Positions 37,567-46,279 of a stretch of DNA of 47,697 nt are shown in pieces. The translations under genes were made by a program, and so were the position numbers. Below the pieces are notes generated by a model that was given only the letters and a program-made list of their open reading frames with translations, had not been told where the DNA came from and made no database searches. Source of the DNA: an uncultured Gammaproteobacteria bacterium (lineage in GTDB: Bacteria > Patescibacteriota > Microgenomatia > UBA12405); the NCBI GenBank assembly GCA_964464785.1, contig CAYXLS010000001.1, forward strand, positions 1 through 47,697. Reading direction: 5' to 3'. Positions within the stretch are counted from its first letter, which is position 1, and every line of letters begins with the position of its first letter.

Positions 37567-38737
37567 TTACATTTAACAATTTTTTTTCAAAATTACTTTT
37601 TGAAAATTGTTGACAATTTAAAATAGATTGCTGTGACATTAATTTTAAGGTATCAGGATTGTCAATTAAATTTTTTGTTTTTGAGATTAGATCGTCTGTG
37701 GTTTGCCAGAGATAACCATTGACGCCATTGTCGACAATTTCTGGAATGCCACCTTTTGAAATTACAATCGGTACCACCCCCGAAGCCATAGCTTCAACCA
37801 CGGTGATGCCAAAATGTTCGGTGTTTTCTGGATGGATTTTTTCATCGACATCGAAACCTGCAGCATGCCAATATATTTTTGATTTTGAATATTGGTCTTT
37901 TAGAACATTAAAAGGTGGATTAACAATAAAATCTATTGGTAAATTGGCTGCTTTATTTTCTAAATATTGTAAATAAAAATTATTTTTTGGATTCAAAAGA
38001 CTACCACCTATTAGAATTAACTTCCAATTATTTATTTTTTCTCTTACTACTAGCGACCTGAAAGCATCAATTAAAATGTCTTGTTTTTTGGCATTTAAAA
38101 TATTGTCAAATCTACCGACAGACAAAATTAGATTATCTTTTTTTTGATGTGAATCAAATTTTTCAATATCAACTGGAGGATATAAAACTAAAACTTTTTT
38201 ATTTGATATTTTCTTTTGAAAGCTGGCTGTAAATTGAGAATTGCAGATAATATTAGTATATAAATTATATTTAATTTTATTTAAAAGATCACTTAAAGGG
38301 TCATCCTTTTTAACTAATGGGACTTGAACATGAAGAAAATTTTTTTTACCAAATAAAAAAGGAAAGCTTCCGTCACTTAGGTAAAATATAATATCGTATT
38401 TTCTGTTATTCTTAAATTTTTGAAAAATATTTTTTAACTTAAAATTTATTTTTTGTGGTTTAACTACTTTATTGATTGATTGAACAAAATTTTCGTTTTC
38501 TTCTAATGTTGATAAATTAAGAGGTTTAACTTCAAAGATATCAGGAACAATGTTTAAGTTTGTCAAATCAAGTGAAAAACGAGTTTCGGCTTTTTGAATA
38601 AGTAATTGATCTCCAGACCAATATAAATCTACTTGATAATTGTTTTTTAGTAAAATTTCGGCGACAGTAAGACAATATCTTTCTCCTCCACCAAGTGTAT
38701 CTAAGTAAGGATCATAAATTGCTACTTTTTTTACCAT
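37559..38737 (-). CDS. GT-B fold glycosyltransferase, family 4 type
   Basis: 392 aa. EX7E motif in PENTEHFGITVVEAMASGVVPIV, followed by GGIPEIV. Confidence 0.75.
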   Translation of the reverse strand: MVKKVAIYDPYLDTLGGGERYCLTVAEILLKNNYQVDLYWSGDQLLIQKAETRFSLDLTNLNIVPDIFEVKPLNLSTLEENENFVQSINKVVKPQKINFKLKNIFQKFKNNRKYDIIFYLSDGSFPFLFGKKNFLHVQVPLVKKDDPLSDLLNKIKYNLYTNIICNSQFTASFQKKISNKKVLVLYPPVDIEKFDSHQKKDNLILSVGRFDNILNAKKQDILIDAFRSLVVREKINNWKLILIGGSLLNPKNNFYLQYLENKAANLPIDFIVNPPFNVLKDQYSKSKIYWHAAGFDVDEKIHPENTEHFGITVVEAMASGVVPIVISKGGIPEIVDNGVNGYLWQTTDDLISKTKNLIDNPDTLKLMSQQSILNCQQFSKSNFEKKLLNVIG

Positions 38738-38751
38738 TGATTAATGATACC

Positions 38752-39543
38752 TTATATTTTTTGATTTTGCTTCTGTTGAAGTTCCAAAAGACGAGCATAA
38801 ATTAAAAATGTATTATAACTTTCAAAAATTGCTGATATCCAACCTACTTGCCCATCTTTCCACATTTTTTGTTTAATTAGTCTTTCATATAATTTAGTAA
38901 ATATCATTCGAATAAAGCGCCACCAAACCACAGGAGGATGACCAGATTTAAACAAAGCCTGAGCCTCGATATCACTCCAGACTAAAGTTTTGTTAGTCAT
39001 TGATCTAAGATCGCGATGGGTGTAGTGAAATAAATCTGATTTTAAATAACCCATTTCTCCCGAAATGATGGGTTCTTCGTGAAGAATTCCTTTGTATCCA
39101 TTAAATTTTTCTTTTAAATATAGCCTTTTTACATAGTCTGGATAAGTTTGACCATATTTTACCCTTTGACCCAAAAAATAATTGGCCCTAGGAATAACAT
39201 AATAAGAGTATTTAGATTGGTTATTTATTTTTTTTATTATTTCTTTTTTAAGTTTGAGAGTAATTCTTTCATCAGCATCTATATATAATATCCATTTTTT
39301 AGTGGCTAATTTAAAACCTAAATTTCTCCATTTACTAAAATTTTTATTATATTCGTCATTTGTTTTAATAATTTTAATACTGGGAATTGTGTGTTTTGCT
39401 AGAGATATAGTGTTGTCAGTAGAATTGGCAGCAACTAAAATAATTTCTTCTACCCAGCTACAAGTTTTAAGACAATCAATTATCATTTTTTCTTCGTTGC
39501 CGGCTAAAATTATTATAGAAATATTTTTTTGTTTTATTGCCAT
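38752..39543 (-). CDS. Family 2 glycosyltransferase (COG0463, WaaE/KdtX-like small GT2)
   Basis: 263 aa. ISIIILAGNEEKMI and YIDADE. The block VIPRANYFLGQRVKYGQTYPDYVKRLY is shared with 19502 and 40455. Confidence 0.75.
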   Translation of the reverse strand: MAIKQKNISIIILAGNEEKMIIDCLKTCSWVEEIILVAANSTDNTISLAKHTIPSIKIIKTNDEYNKNFSKWRNLGFKLATKKWILYIDADERITLKLKKEIIKKINNQSKYSYYVIPRANYFLGQRVKYGQTYPDYVKRLYLKEKFNGYKGILHEEPIISGEMGYLKSDLFHYTHRDLRSMTNKTLVWSDIEAQALFKSGHPPVVWWRFIRMIFTKLYERLIKQKMWKDGQVGWISAIFESYNTFLIYARLLELQQKQNQKI

Positions 39544-40451
39544 GATCCTTTGTTTAATTTACCTAGATAAAAATCAATAATTCCTCTTTTTTTCCATTTA
39601 GATAAATTTGTGGAAAATAATTGTTTTATTGATTCTCTTAATAGAGCAAATTTACTTCTTAAAGAAGCATTTTTAATGCCAAAATATAGCCTATTTCTGG
39701 TCATGAAATAATCATGAAGATTTCCTCCACTTTTTGATGAGCCAGAATTCAAATGCCAGATAAAGGATTTATAAATATAAGCTAATTTAAAATTATTTTT
39801 TTTGGCTTTTTGACAAAAATCTAAATCTTCTAAATACATAAAGTAATTTTCATCTAATAAGCCTATTTTTTTAAAAACATTTGCATTTATCAACAAACAA
39901 CATCCTGTTAAGAAATCAACTTGGTCATTAATTTTATCGAATTGACCTTTGTCGACTTGATTAACTCCAATATTACTTCCATAAATATTATTCCAGTCAA
40001 TTTGACCACCAACAGACCAAATAACTTTTCCAAGTTCGTCTTTTGAATATCTGTCTTGGTGATATTCAAAACCTGGTGCAAAATAAATTTTAGGACCAAC
40101 AATGTCATACCCACTATTTGTCCCTTCAATAAGATATTTTAAAAAATTAGAATCAACGATTACATCGTTGTTTAACAATAAAATGTAATCATATTTTTCT
40201 TTTATTGCTTTTTTAATACCAATATTATTACCAACGTAACCAAGGTTTGAATCTGTCTGAATTAGATTTATATTTGGGTTTTTTGAATATTTTTTTTTAA
40301 ATATTTGAAATGATTTGTCAGAAGAATTATTGTCGATTAGAAAAATTTTATACTTAAAACCATTAGAAGTTATTTTTCTAAGCGAGTCAAGAGTATCGAG
40401 AGTCAATTGTGGTTGATTCCAGTTGAGTACTATAATGGAGATTTTGATCAT
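39534..40451 (-). CDS. Family 2 glycosyltransferase (COG1216 type)
   Basis: 305 aa. ISIIVLNWNQPQLT, IDNNSSDKS, LLNNDV and YLEDLDFC. Confidence 0.8.
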   Translation of the reverse strand: MIKISIIVLNWNQPQLTLDTLDSLRKITSNGFKYKIFLIDNNSSDKSFQIFKKKYSKNPNINLIQTDSNLGYVGNNIGIKKAIKEKYDYILLLNNDVIVDSNFLKYLIEGTNSGYDIVGPKIYFAPGFEYHQDRYSKDELGKVIWSVGGQIDWNNIYGSNIGVNQVDKGQFDKINDQVDFLTGCCLLINANVFKKIGLLDENYFMYLEDLDFCQKAKKNNFKLAYIYKSFIWHLNSGSSKSGGNLHDYFMTRNRLYFGIKNASLRSKFALLRESIKQLFSTNLSKWKKRGIIDFYLGKLNKGSWQ

Positions 40452-40454
40452 TAT

Positions 40455-41390
40455 TTAAAAATTTTTTGAAATCAGATTAAGCCAGTGACGAATTTTTATA
40501 ATAACTTTTTTAAAAATATTTGGAGAATATTCTTTTTGAAAATATTTTATAAACCAGTGATCATATTCATAATTGGCCTCAAGATTAGCTGAAACAAATG
40601 ATTCTTTTAGAAATTGTTTATCTGATGAACCTTCTTTTTCCCACAATTTTGCATATATTAATCCAATAGCAAAAGCTTGAAGCAAACAAAAAATTAGTCC
40701 AGGTAGTCCATCTTTGTAACCTTCAGAAAAATAAAAACGACTATTAAATTCTTGAATTGGTTTGAGTATAAAATCGCCAGTTTTTACTTTGTACTCCTTT
40801 GAGTGGAGTTCATCTGCTTGAATACTACTATACCTAATAGCTCGAGTAATAAATTGATTAATAGATTGATAGTTATCGTGTTTTATAGCTAATTTGTCTG
40901 AATCTAGAAGGGTTAGACAATTTCCTTTGGTAATTGGTTGGCTATGGATTTCTTTTTGCCAAGTAACACTACCTTTTTTAAAAAACCTAATTAAATAATC
41001 TGGCCAACAGTTTGCATGACGAATCCATTTACCAAAAATAAAATTTTGACGAGGAATTTTGACAAAATCAACGTCATTCCTTAAAGTAATTTTTTTCAAT
41101 TCCTTTTTTAATGTTTTTTGAAGATATTCGTCTGGATCTAATAATAAAATCCAACTTCCTGTTGCCTTTGATAGGGCAAAATTTCTTGCAGGTTCGACAT
41201 ATTTCATAGGTCGATAACTATATACTTTTGCTCCAAAAGTTTTGGCTATATTGACACTGTTATCGGTAGACCTCATGTCTACTATGATAATTTCGTCGGC
41301 AATATCTTTAATTGATTTTAAACATTTGGTTAAATGCTCTGATTCGTTTCTAACATTAATAACCACAGAGATACTATTTTTTGATTTCAT
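40455..41390 (-). CDS. Family 2 glycosyltransferase (COG0463, WaaE/KdtX-like) with an extra C-terminal region
   Basis: 311 aa. ISVVINVRNESEHL, VDMRSTDNS, LLDPDE and IPRQNFIFGKWIRHANCWPDYLIRFF. Confidence 0.75.
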   Translation of the reverse strand: MKSKNSISVVINVRNESEHLTKCLKSIKDIADEIIIVDMRSTDNSVNIAKTFGAKVYSYRPMKYVEPARNFALSKATGSWILLLDPDEYLQKTLKKELKKITLRNDVDFVKIPRQNFIFGKWIRHANCWPDYLIRFFKKGSVTWQKEIHSQPITKGNCLTLLDSDKLAIKHDNYQSINQFITRAIRYSSIQADELHSKEYKVKTGDFILKPIQEFNSRFYFSEGYKDGLPGLIFCLLQAFAIGLIYAKLWEKEGSSDKQFLKESFVSANLEANYEYDHWFIKYFQKEYSPNIFKKVIIKIRHWLNLISKNF

Positions 41391-41406
41391 AGATTAAATA
41401 AGTTTA

Positions 41407-43116
41407 TCATTTTTGAACCTTAAATATTTTAATTTCTTCATTGTTGTATATTTCATCAACCTGAAGATCACTTAAATTTGTTTTTATTTGTTGATCGGTA
41501 GTTAAATAAATATAGTCAATATTATTATTTATTAAAAAACCTCGATTATTATATTTATCGTTTTTTGAAAAAAAGTTTGTTGACTCAAGGCGCCTTTTTT
41601 GCCAGTCAAATCCAGTGATGTCTAGATTCATTTCATCTTCTAAATAAACTGTTTTTTGGCTAAATGCAGATACATAAGATGTGGTTTCATAAGCATAAAG
41701 AGGAATAGGAGTATTTAGGTTATTTTTTTTATACTTATCATAGGGATAGGTTAAAACAATACCTGAAGGTTGGTCTTTTAAAAAATTTAAAGCAATTATT
41801 TCATTATTAGGTAAACAACTAGGTGCTGGATTACCAAAATAATCTTTTAGCGTACCAACGCTTCCAATAGAGGCAAGAATTAATAGACATAATAATATTA
41901 TTTTATGTTTTTTATAAATATTAGATAAAAATTTTGCTAAATAAAAATTGGTAATAAATAAAAAATAATATAAAAATTGGATTGTATTCCAAGCTGTCCC
42001 CTTTTGAACAAAAAATATTGTAAACATGAAAGCAATTGACATTAATAATATAAATAAGATATCTATATTTTTTGTTTTATTTTTAATAAAATCGTTTATT
42101 AATTTAGCTATACCAAAGATACGAATTCCTAGGTTGCCAATTAAAAATATTCCAATCAGAAATAATTCGATAATTGTTGTAATAATAAAATTTGTTTGAT
42201 TGTAACGATACGAAGCCAATTTTGGCCAATATAACTTATCTATTGATTCAATCATTGAATGAGTAAACCAAAATGGCTTAAATTCTAATAAGTTGGCCTT
42301 ACCCAAAACACCTAAGTTTTTTAGAATTATCAATGAAATTATTCCCATTGATAAACAAATTGATAGATTGAATCGAGTAATTATTTTAGATTTTGAAGAA
42401 GAAATAATTAGATAAATTGAAAGAGACAAACCAATTAAGATAGCTGAATATACTTTTACATAACAAAGAAGACTTAGAATTAAACCAATGGATAGACCCC
42501 AAAAAATTGAACCGTTATCTTGGTGTTGAAACCAGAGAATCAATCCGATGAGTAAAATTATCAAAGATAAGGCATAGGGTGGGTTAAGTAGAGTTGAAGC
42601 TGACTGCATTGACCAAAATATAGATTCTCCAGCTATTTGACCTGACTTGATAAGGGTTATAATCCAACCAAAGGAAGAGGCAAAATAATTTAAAAAAACA
42701 AAGAATAGAGAGGTTAGATGATTTTTGGTTACTATTTTGGCAAATTTGTATGATAAAAAACCAATTATTATTGCAAAAATTATAGGTAATATTTGAAAAT
42801 ATAAAAATGAAGGATTAATTTGTGTAATTTTTGAAATTAAGGCTACAAACAAGTCGTAACCCCAATGGTAATTTGATAAAGAGGTTCCTGAATAAATTGG
42901 ATTATTGGGAGGGATATTTTGTTTCAATTGATTGATAAGACTTAGATGCCAAATGGCATCATGACCGTTAGGACCCCAGAAACCGATACCATACTCATAC
43001 TTTAAGCCACTTTTAAACATAGTTATGGATAATAGTAGACTCGATATTGTGATTAAAACTATCGTTTTTATTTTTTCTTTTGAGGTAGAAAACATAATAT
43101 TTGTTGCCAAAACCAA
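41407..43116 (-). CDS. Orphan polytopic membrane protein with a C-terminal extracytoplasmic domain. Possible polymerase, ligase or GT-C-like enzyme, family not recognised
   Basis: 569 aa. At least 10 hydrophobic helices. Early loop motif FWGPNGHDAIWHLSLINQL. C-terminal roughly 150 aa are hydrophilic (YPYDKYKKNNLNTPIPLYAYETTSYVSAFSQKTVYLEDE...). I recognise no signature. Confidence 0.35.
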   Translation of the reverse strand: MVLATNIMFSTSKEKIKTIVLITISSLLLSITMFKSGLKYEYGIGFWGPNGHDAIWHLSLINQLKQNIPPNNPIYSGTSLSNYHWGYDLFVALISKITQINPSFLYFQILPIIFAIIIGFLSYKFAKIVTKNHLTSLFFVFLNYFASSFGWIITLIKSGQIAGESIFWSMQSASTLLNPPYALSLIILLIGLILWFQHQDNGSIFWGLSIGLILSLLCYVKVYSAILIGLSLSIYLIISSSKSKIITRFNLSICLSMGIISLIILKNLGVLGKANLLEFKPFWFTHSMIESIDKLYWPKLASYRYNQTNFIITTIIELFLIGIFLIGNLGIRIFGIAKLINDFIKNKTKNIDILFILLMSIAFMFTIFFVQKGTAWNTIQFLYYFLFITNFYLAKFLSNIYKKHKIILLCLLILASIGSVGTLKDYFGNPAPSCLPNNEIIALNFLKDQPSGIVLTYPYDKYKKNNLNTPIPLYAYETTSYVSAFSQKTVYLEDEMNLDITGFDWQKRRLESTNFFSKNDKYNNRGFLINNNIDYIYLTTDQQIKTNLSDLQVDEIYNNEEIKIFKVQK

Positions 43117-44528
43117 TTAATCTGATGTTTAGATGTCATATAAGTGTATAGACAATAAAATAGAAGTCCAATAGCTATACTTCCTATTAAAGTCAATAGT
43201 GCTGAAAATGCTAAATGTTGGAACCCTAAAATTAGAATAATCATAATTAAAGAACCCAATAATGGCTGAAAAGTGATTTTTAAAACATTAATGTCAAATA
43301 GTTTTTTGGCGACAATCCAAACTATCACCGAACTTAATCCTACTAATAAAGTAGCTACTGAGGTACCGATATATCCATATTTTATGGTAAGATAAGGATA
43401 AAGAATCCAAGTTAGTACTGTCCACATAACCATAAATTTGGTGGTGAGAGTGATTTTTCCAACTGCATTAAATGCATTTGTTAAAGGACTGGTTACTGAG
43501 GCAATAGCAATATTGATGCTATAAAAATATAAAGGAATAATGGCTGGTAACCATTTGGTGTATTTTGGAATTAGATTAATTAGACTTGGAGCAATAAGAG
43601 CAATACCAGCTGATGTAGGAAATACAAATAGGGCTATAAAATACAGACTTTTTTCTAATGATTTTTTAAGATACTCTGGGTTATCTTGAAGTCGGGAAAA
43701 TGTGGGGAAAGTTACTTTCATTATGGCATCCATAAAACTTAGAGGAATACGTGGTCCTTTTTGAGCCCATGACAAAATTCCAAAACCATCACGGCCTAAA
43801 AGCCCGGCTACAAAAATATTTGATAATTTATCCTTAGCCATTGAGATAAATGAGTTTAACTGATAAGGAATACCATATTTAAAAAGAGATTTAGCACTTT
43901 GATAGGAAAAAGAAAAACCAATCGGCCATGGACTGAAACGATAAATAATAACTAATCCTAAAAAGCTACGGATAAAAGTTGCGATGGCATAGGAATATGC
44001 TCCAAAACCTAAAAAAGCAAATAAGACCGCTATTGTATAAAAACTAATATTTTCAATAATATCGACAGTAGATATTAATTTAAAATTTAGTTTTCTTTCT
44101 AATAATACCGATGGAATTGTTTTGAGAGATGCGGCAAAAAAAGAAAAACATAAGGAAGCAAATATTAAACTTTCTTTTGGCCCATAAGATCTAGATATTT
44201 TAAGTTTCTGAAAAATAAATGAAATTACAATTAAAGATAAAATTACTAAAATTTGTTGAATTAAGAATGTGCTCTGAAGATCTTTTTTCTCGACTTCTTC
44301 TTTTTTTTGAATAAGAGCACCAGCTAAACCAATATCTGAAAAATACCCTAAAATTCCAACTGATTCAGCAACAATTGCAAATAAACCCACTTCTCCGGTT
44401 CCCAAAAGAATTGTTAAAATAAAAAATCCAAGAGTTGAAACTGCCTGAATTCCAATATTTCTGAATGATAAAAATAATACGTTTTTGGTAGTTTTTTGTT
44501 TTATTTCTTGTAAATCAAGCGAAGCCAT
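43068..44528 (-). CDS. wzx: MOP-superfamily oligosaccharide/polysaccharide flippase (Wzx/RfbX type)
   Basis: 486 aa with about 12-14 helices. N-terminus VLFLSFRNIGIQAVSTLGFFILTILLGTGEVGLFAIV is typical of Polysacc_synt family flippases. The 49-nt overlap with the next gene makes that gene's start uncertain. Confidence 0.6.
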   Translation of the reverse strand: MASLDLQEIKQKTTKNVLFLSFRNIGIQAVSTLGFFILTILLGTGEVGLFAIVAESVGILGYFSDIGLAGALIQKKEEVEKKDLQSTFLIQQILVILSLIVISFIFQKLKISRSYGPKESLIFASLCFSFFAASLKTIPSVLLERKLNFKLISTVDIIENISFYTIAVLFAFLGFGAYSYAIATFIRSFLGLVIIYRFSPWPIGFSFSYQSAKSLFKYGIPYQLNSFISMAKDKLSNIFVAGLLGRDGFGILSWAQKGPRIPLSFMDAIMKVTFPTFSRLQDNPEYLKKSLEKSLYFIALFVFPTSAGIALIAPSLINLIPKYTKWLPAIIPLYFYSINIAIASVTSPLTNAFNAVGKITLTTKFMVMWTVLTWILYPYLTIKYGYIGTSVATLLVGLSSVIVWIVAKKLFDINVLKITFQPLLGSLIMIILILGFQHLAFSALLTLIGSIAIGLLFYCLYTYMTSKHQINWFWQQILCFLPQKKK

Positions 44529-46258
44529 AAAGGTTTAGATAGATACAATATTAAAATAATCCAAGTAACTAATGAAATATAATTTGAAATACTACGAACT
44601 TTAGTATTTCGAAGTTTTACCATAATTTGATGATCACCTGAAGGTAAATTTATAATTAAACGGCCTAATTCTGGTTCAATTTCGGTTGGAACTAATTTAC
44701 CATTTGAAGTAACTTCAAATTCTGGAAAAGCTAATTGAGCCAAAATAACTTTTGAGTCACGACTAAGATGAAGATCAAATATCATCCAATCGGTCCCTTT
44801 TTTACCATTTGAAACTGTATAAAAACTTTCAGATGGATCAATTTCGTCAACATAATCTTTGGCAGGCTTCTGGGCGGCAATACGAGCAGTTTTGGGAAGA
44901 TAGTCATAAATTCCTGATGTTACTTGATTTGTCCAGGCTTTACCTGAAAATTTCTGTTCATCAGTAATGGGTCCATAAGTAATAGGAGTAAAATATTTTA
45001 TATTAATTAATAATATAAATAATCCTAAAATTAACACTAAAATTTCTTTATTTTTTGAAAAAAACTTATTGATAATAAAAATTAAACCGCCAGCGCTAAA
45101 AGAAAATAAAAATATAGTATGGTTTAAAAATCTCCAAGGAAATTGGATTTTTTGAATGATTGGTATTAAAAACCAAATATTTGTTGATTTGTTGTGGGTC
45201 ATAAAAACTGTACCAAGACCCATCAAAATTATTATTAATAATAAAACATATTGAGAATCAATTTTAGAAATTTTTTTGTTTCTAACATTTCTATAAATTA
45301 TTATTAAAACATATATAATAATTATTAGAGGGATAATCCAGTGAAAATAACCAATATTAAACGACATATCATCATTTGGCCCCCAAACAGAAGCACCATC
45401 ACCCCAAAAATTACTGATAAATAATTGATAAAGTCCGGCAAAATGAACTGAAAAATGATAGTAACCTTCAAACATAGTATTAATCTTGACAAGTTTAGTT
45501 TCTAATAGAACTGGAAAAGTATAAAAAGCAGCTAAAGCTGTAGTTAATAAGCCAGAAAAAAATAATTTTAGTATAATTTCAGTTTGTTTTTTTATAAAAG
45601 CCCAAAAAGGTTTTTTGTATTTTTCAAAAATCCAAAATAATATCCAAATAAATAAAATTGGAGTAAAAGTCAAAGCCATAGGGTTATGAGATAAAAGTAA
45701 TCCAGTAAATGACAAACTAAGTCCAATAATACTTTTTATTTTTTTGTCTAATATAACCTTTTTTGAGAAATAAAAAATTAGAGGGAAAAATACTGCTGCC
45801 CAAGCTTCGTTCATGGCACCACGAACAAATATATTTAATGCGTGGTATGGGGCATAGGTATAAAAAAGAGATGACAAAAATCCACCAATAGGACCAAATA
45901 TTGAGCTGGCCAATAGATACATAAAAAATGAAGATAATAAAATTTGGAAAATTGCAGTTGCCTTGATAGAAGCAACGAAAGATAAACCAAAAGTTCTAAA
46001 AACTTGACCTACTATATAAGGCATTGGAGGATAAAAATTAAACAAAGGGTAACCGTAACCGTAACCAAGGTCTGGTGTCCATCTGCAGGGAATCTGACCG
46101 TCTTGAATACATTTTTCAAATTCCAATTGACGAATCATTTGCATATCATCGTGCATATTAAAATAAATATTTGGGCGAAGTAAAAATAAGATTGCCGGAA
46201 AACTAAAAAAAAATGTTGCAATTGGCCAAAAATATTTACGTTTTATTAATTTTCCCAT
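44501..46258 (-). CDS. Polytopic membrane protein of the PTPS-related (COG5617 / PF10131-like) family, a predicted GT-C-like glycosyltransferase
   Basis: 585 aa. Early motif NMHDDMQMIRQLEFEKCIQDGQIPCRWTPDLGYGYGYPLFNFYPPMPY matches my memory of the HD...H...R...G.IP.RW....G.GYP.F.FY.P signature. C-terminal soluble domain plus a final TM helix. Confidence 0.5.
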   Translation of the reverse strand: MGKLIKRKYFWPIATFFFSFPAILFLLRPNIYFNMHDDMQMIRQLEFEKCIQDGQIPCRWTPDLGYGYGYPLFNFYPPMPYIVGQVFRTFGLSFVASIKATAIFQILLSSFFMYLLASSIFGPIGGFLSSLFYTYAPYHALNIFVRGAMNEAWAAVFFPLIFYFSKKVILDKKIKSIIGLSLSFTGLLLSHNPMALTFTPILFIWILFWIFEKYKKPFWAFIKKQTEIILKLFFSGLLTTALAAFYTFPVLLETKLVKINTMFEGYYHFSVHFAGLYQLFISNFWGDGASVWGPNDDMSFNIGYFHWIIPLIIIIYVLIIIYRNVRNKKISKIDSQYVLLLIIILMGLGTVFMTHNKSTNIWFLIPIIQKIQFPWRFLNHTIFLFSFSAGGLIFIINKFFSKNKEILVLILGLFILLINIKYFTPITYGPITDEQKFSGKAWTNQVTSGIYDYLPKTARIAAQKPAKDYVDEIDPSESFYTVSNGKKGTDWMIFDLHLSRDSKVILAQLAFPEFEVTSNGKLVPTEIEPELGRLIINLPSGDHQIMVKLRNTKVRSISNYISLVTWIILILYLSKPLWLRLIYKK

Positions 46259-46279
46259 TTTTATATTTTAACAAGCTAT

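Noticed and set aside
178-40129. Twenty short ORFs (60-108 aa) in the supplied track: 178-468, 542-856, 2312-2512, 3138-3326, 3704-3892, 3927-4109, 5626-5841, 12629-12841, 12887-13105, 18853-19059, 21184-21390, 21787-22104, 24429-24614, 30960-31148, 32775-33035, 33688-33939, 36081-36290, 37719-37976, 39254-39580 and 39908-40129.
   Set aside because: Each lies entirely inside, or almost entirely inside, a much longer ORF with clear family motifs, either antisense or out of frame. Their translations are low-complexity (F/I/L/K/S-rich), as expected from the reverse or shifted frames of AT-rich coding DNA. None has its own upstream gap.
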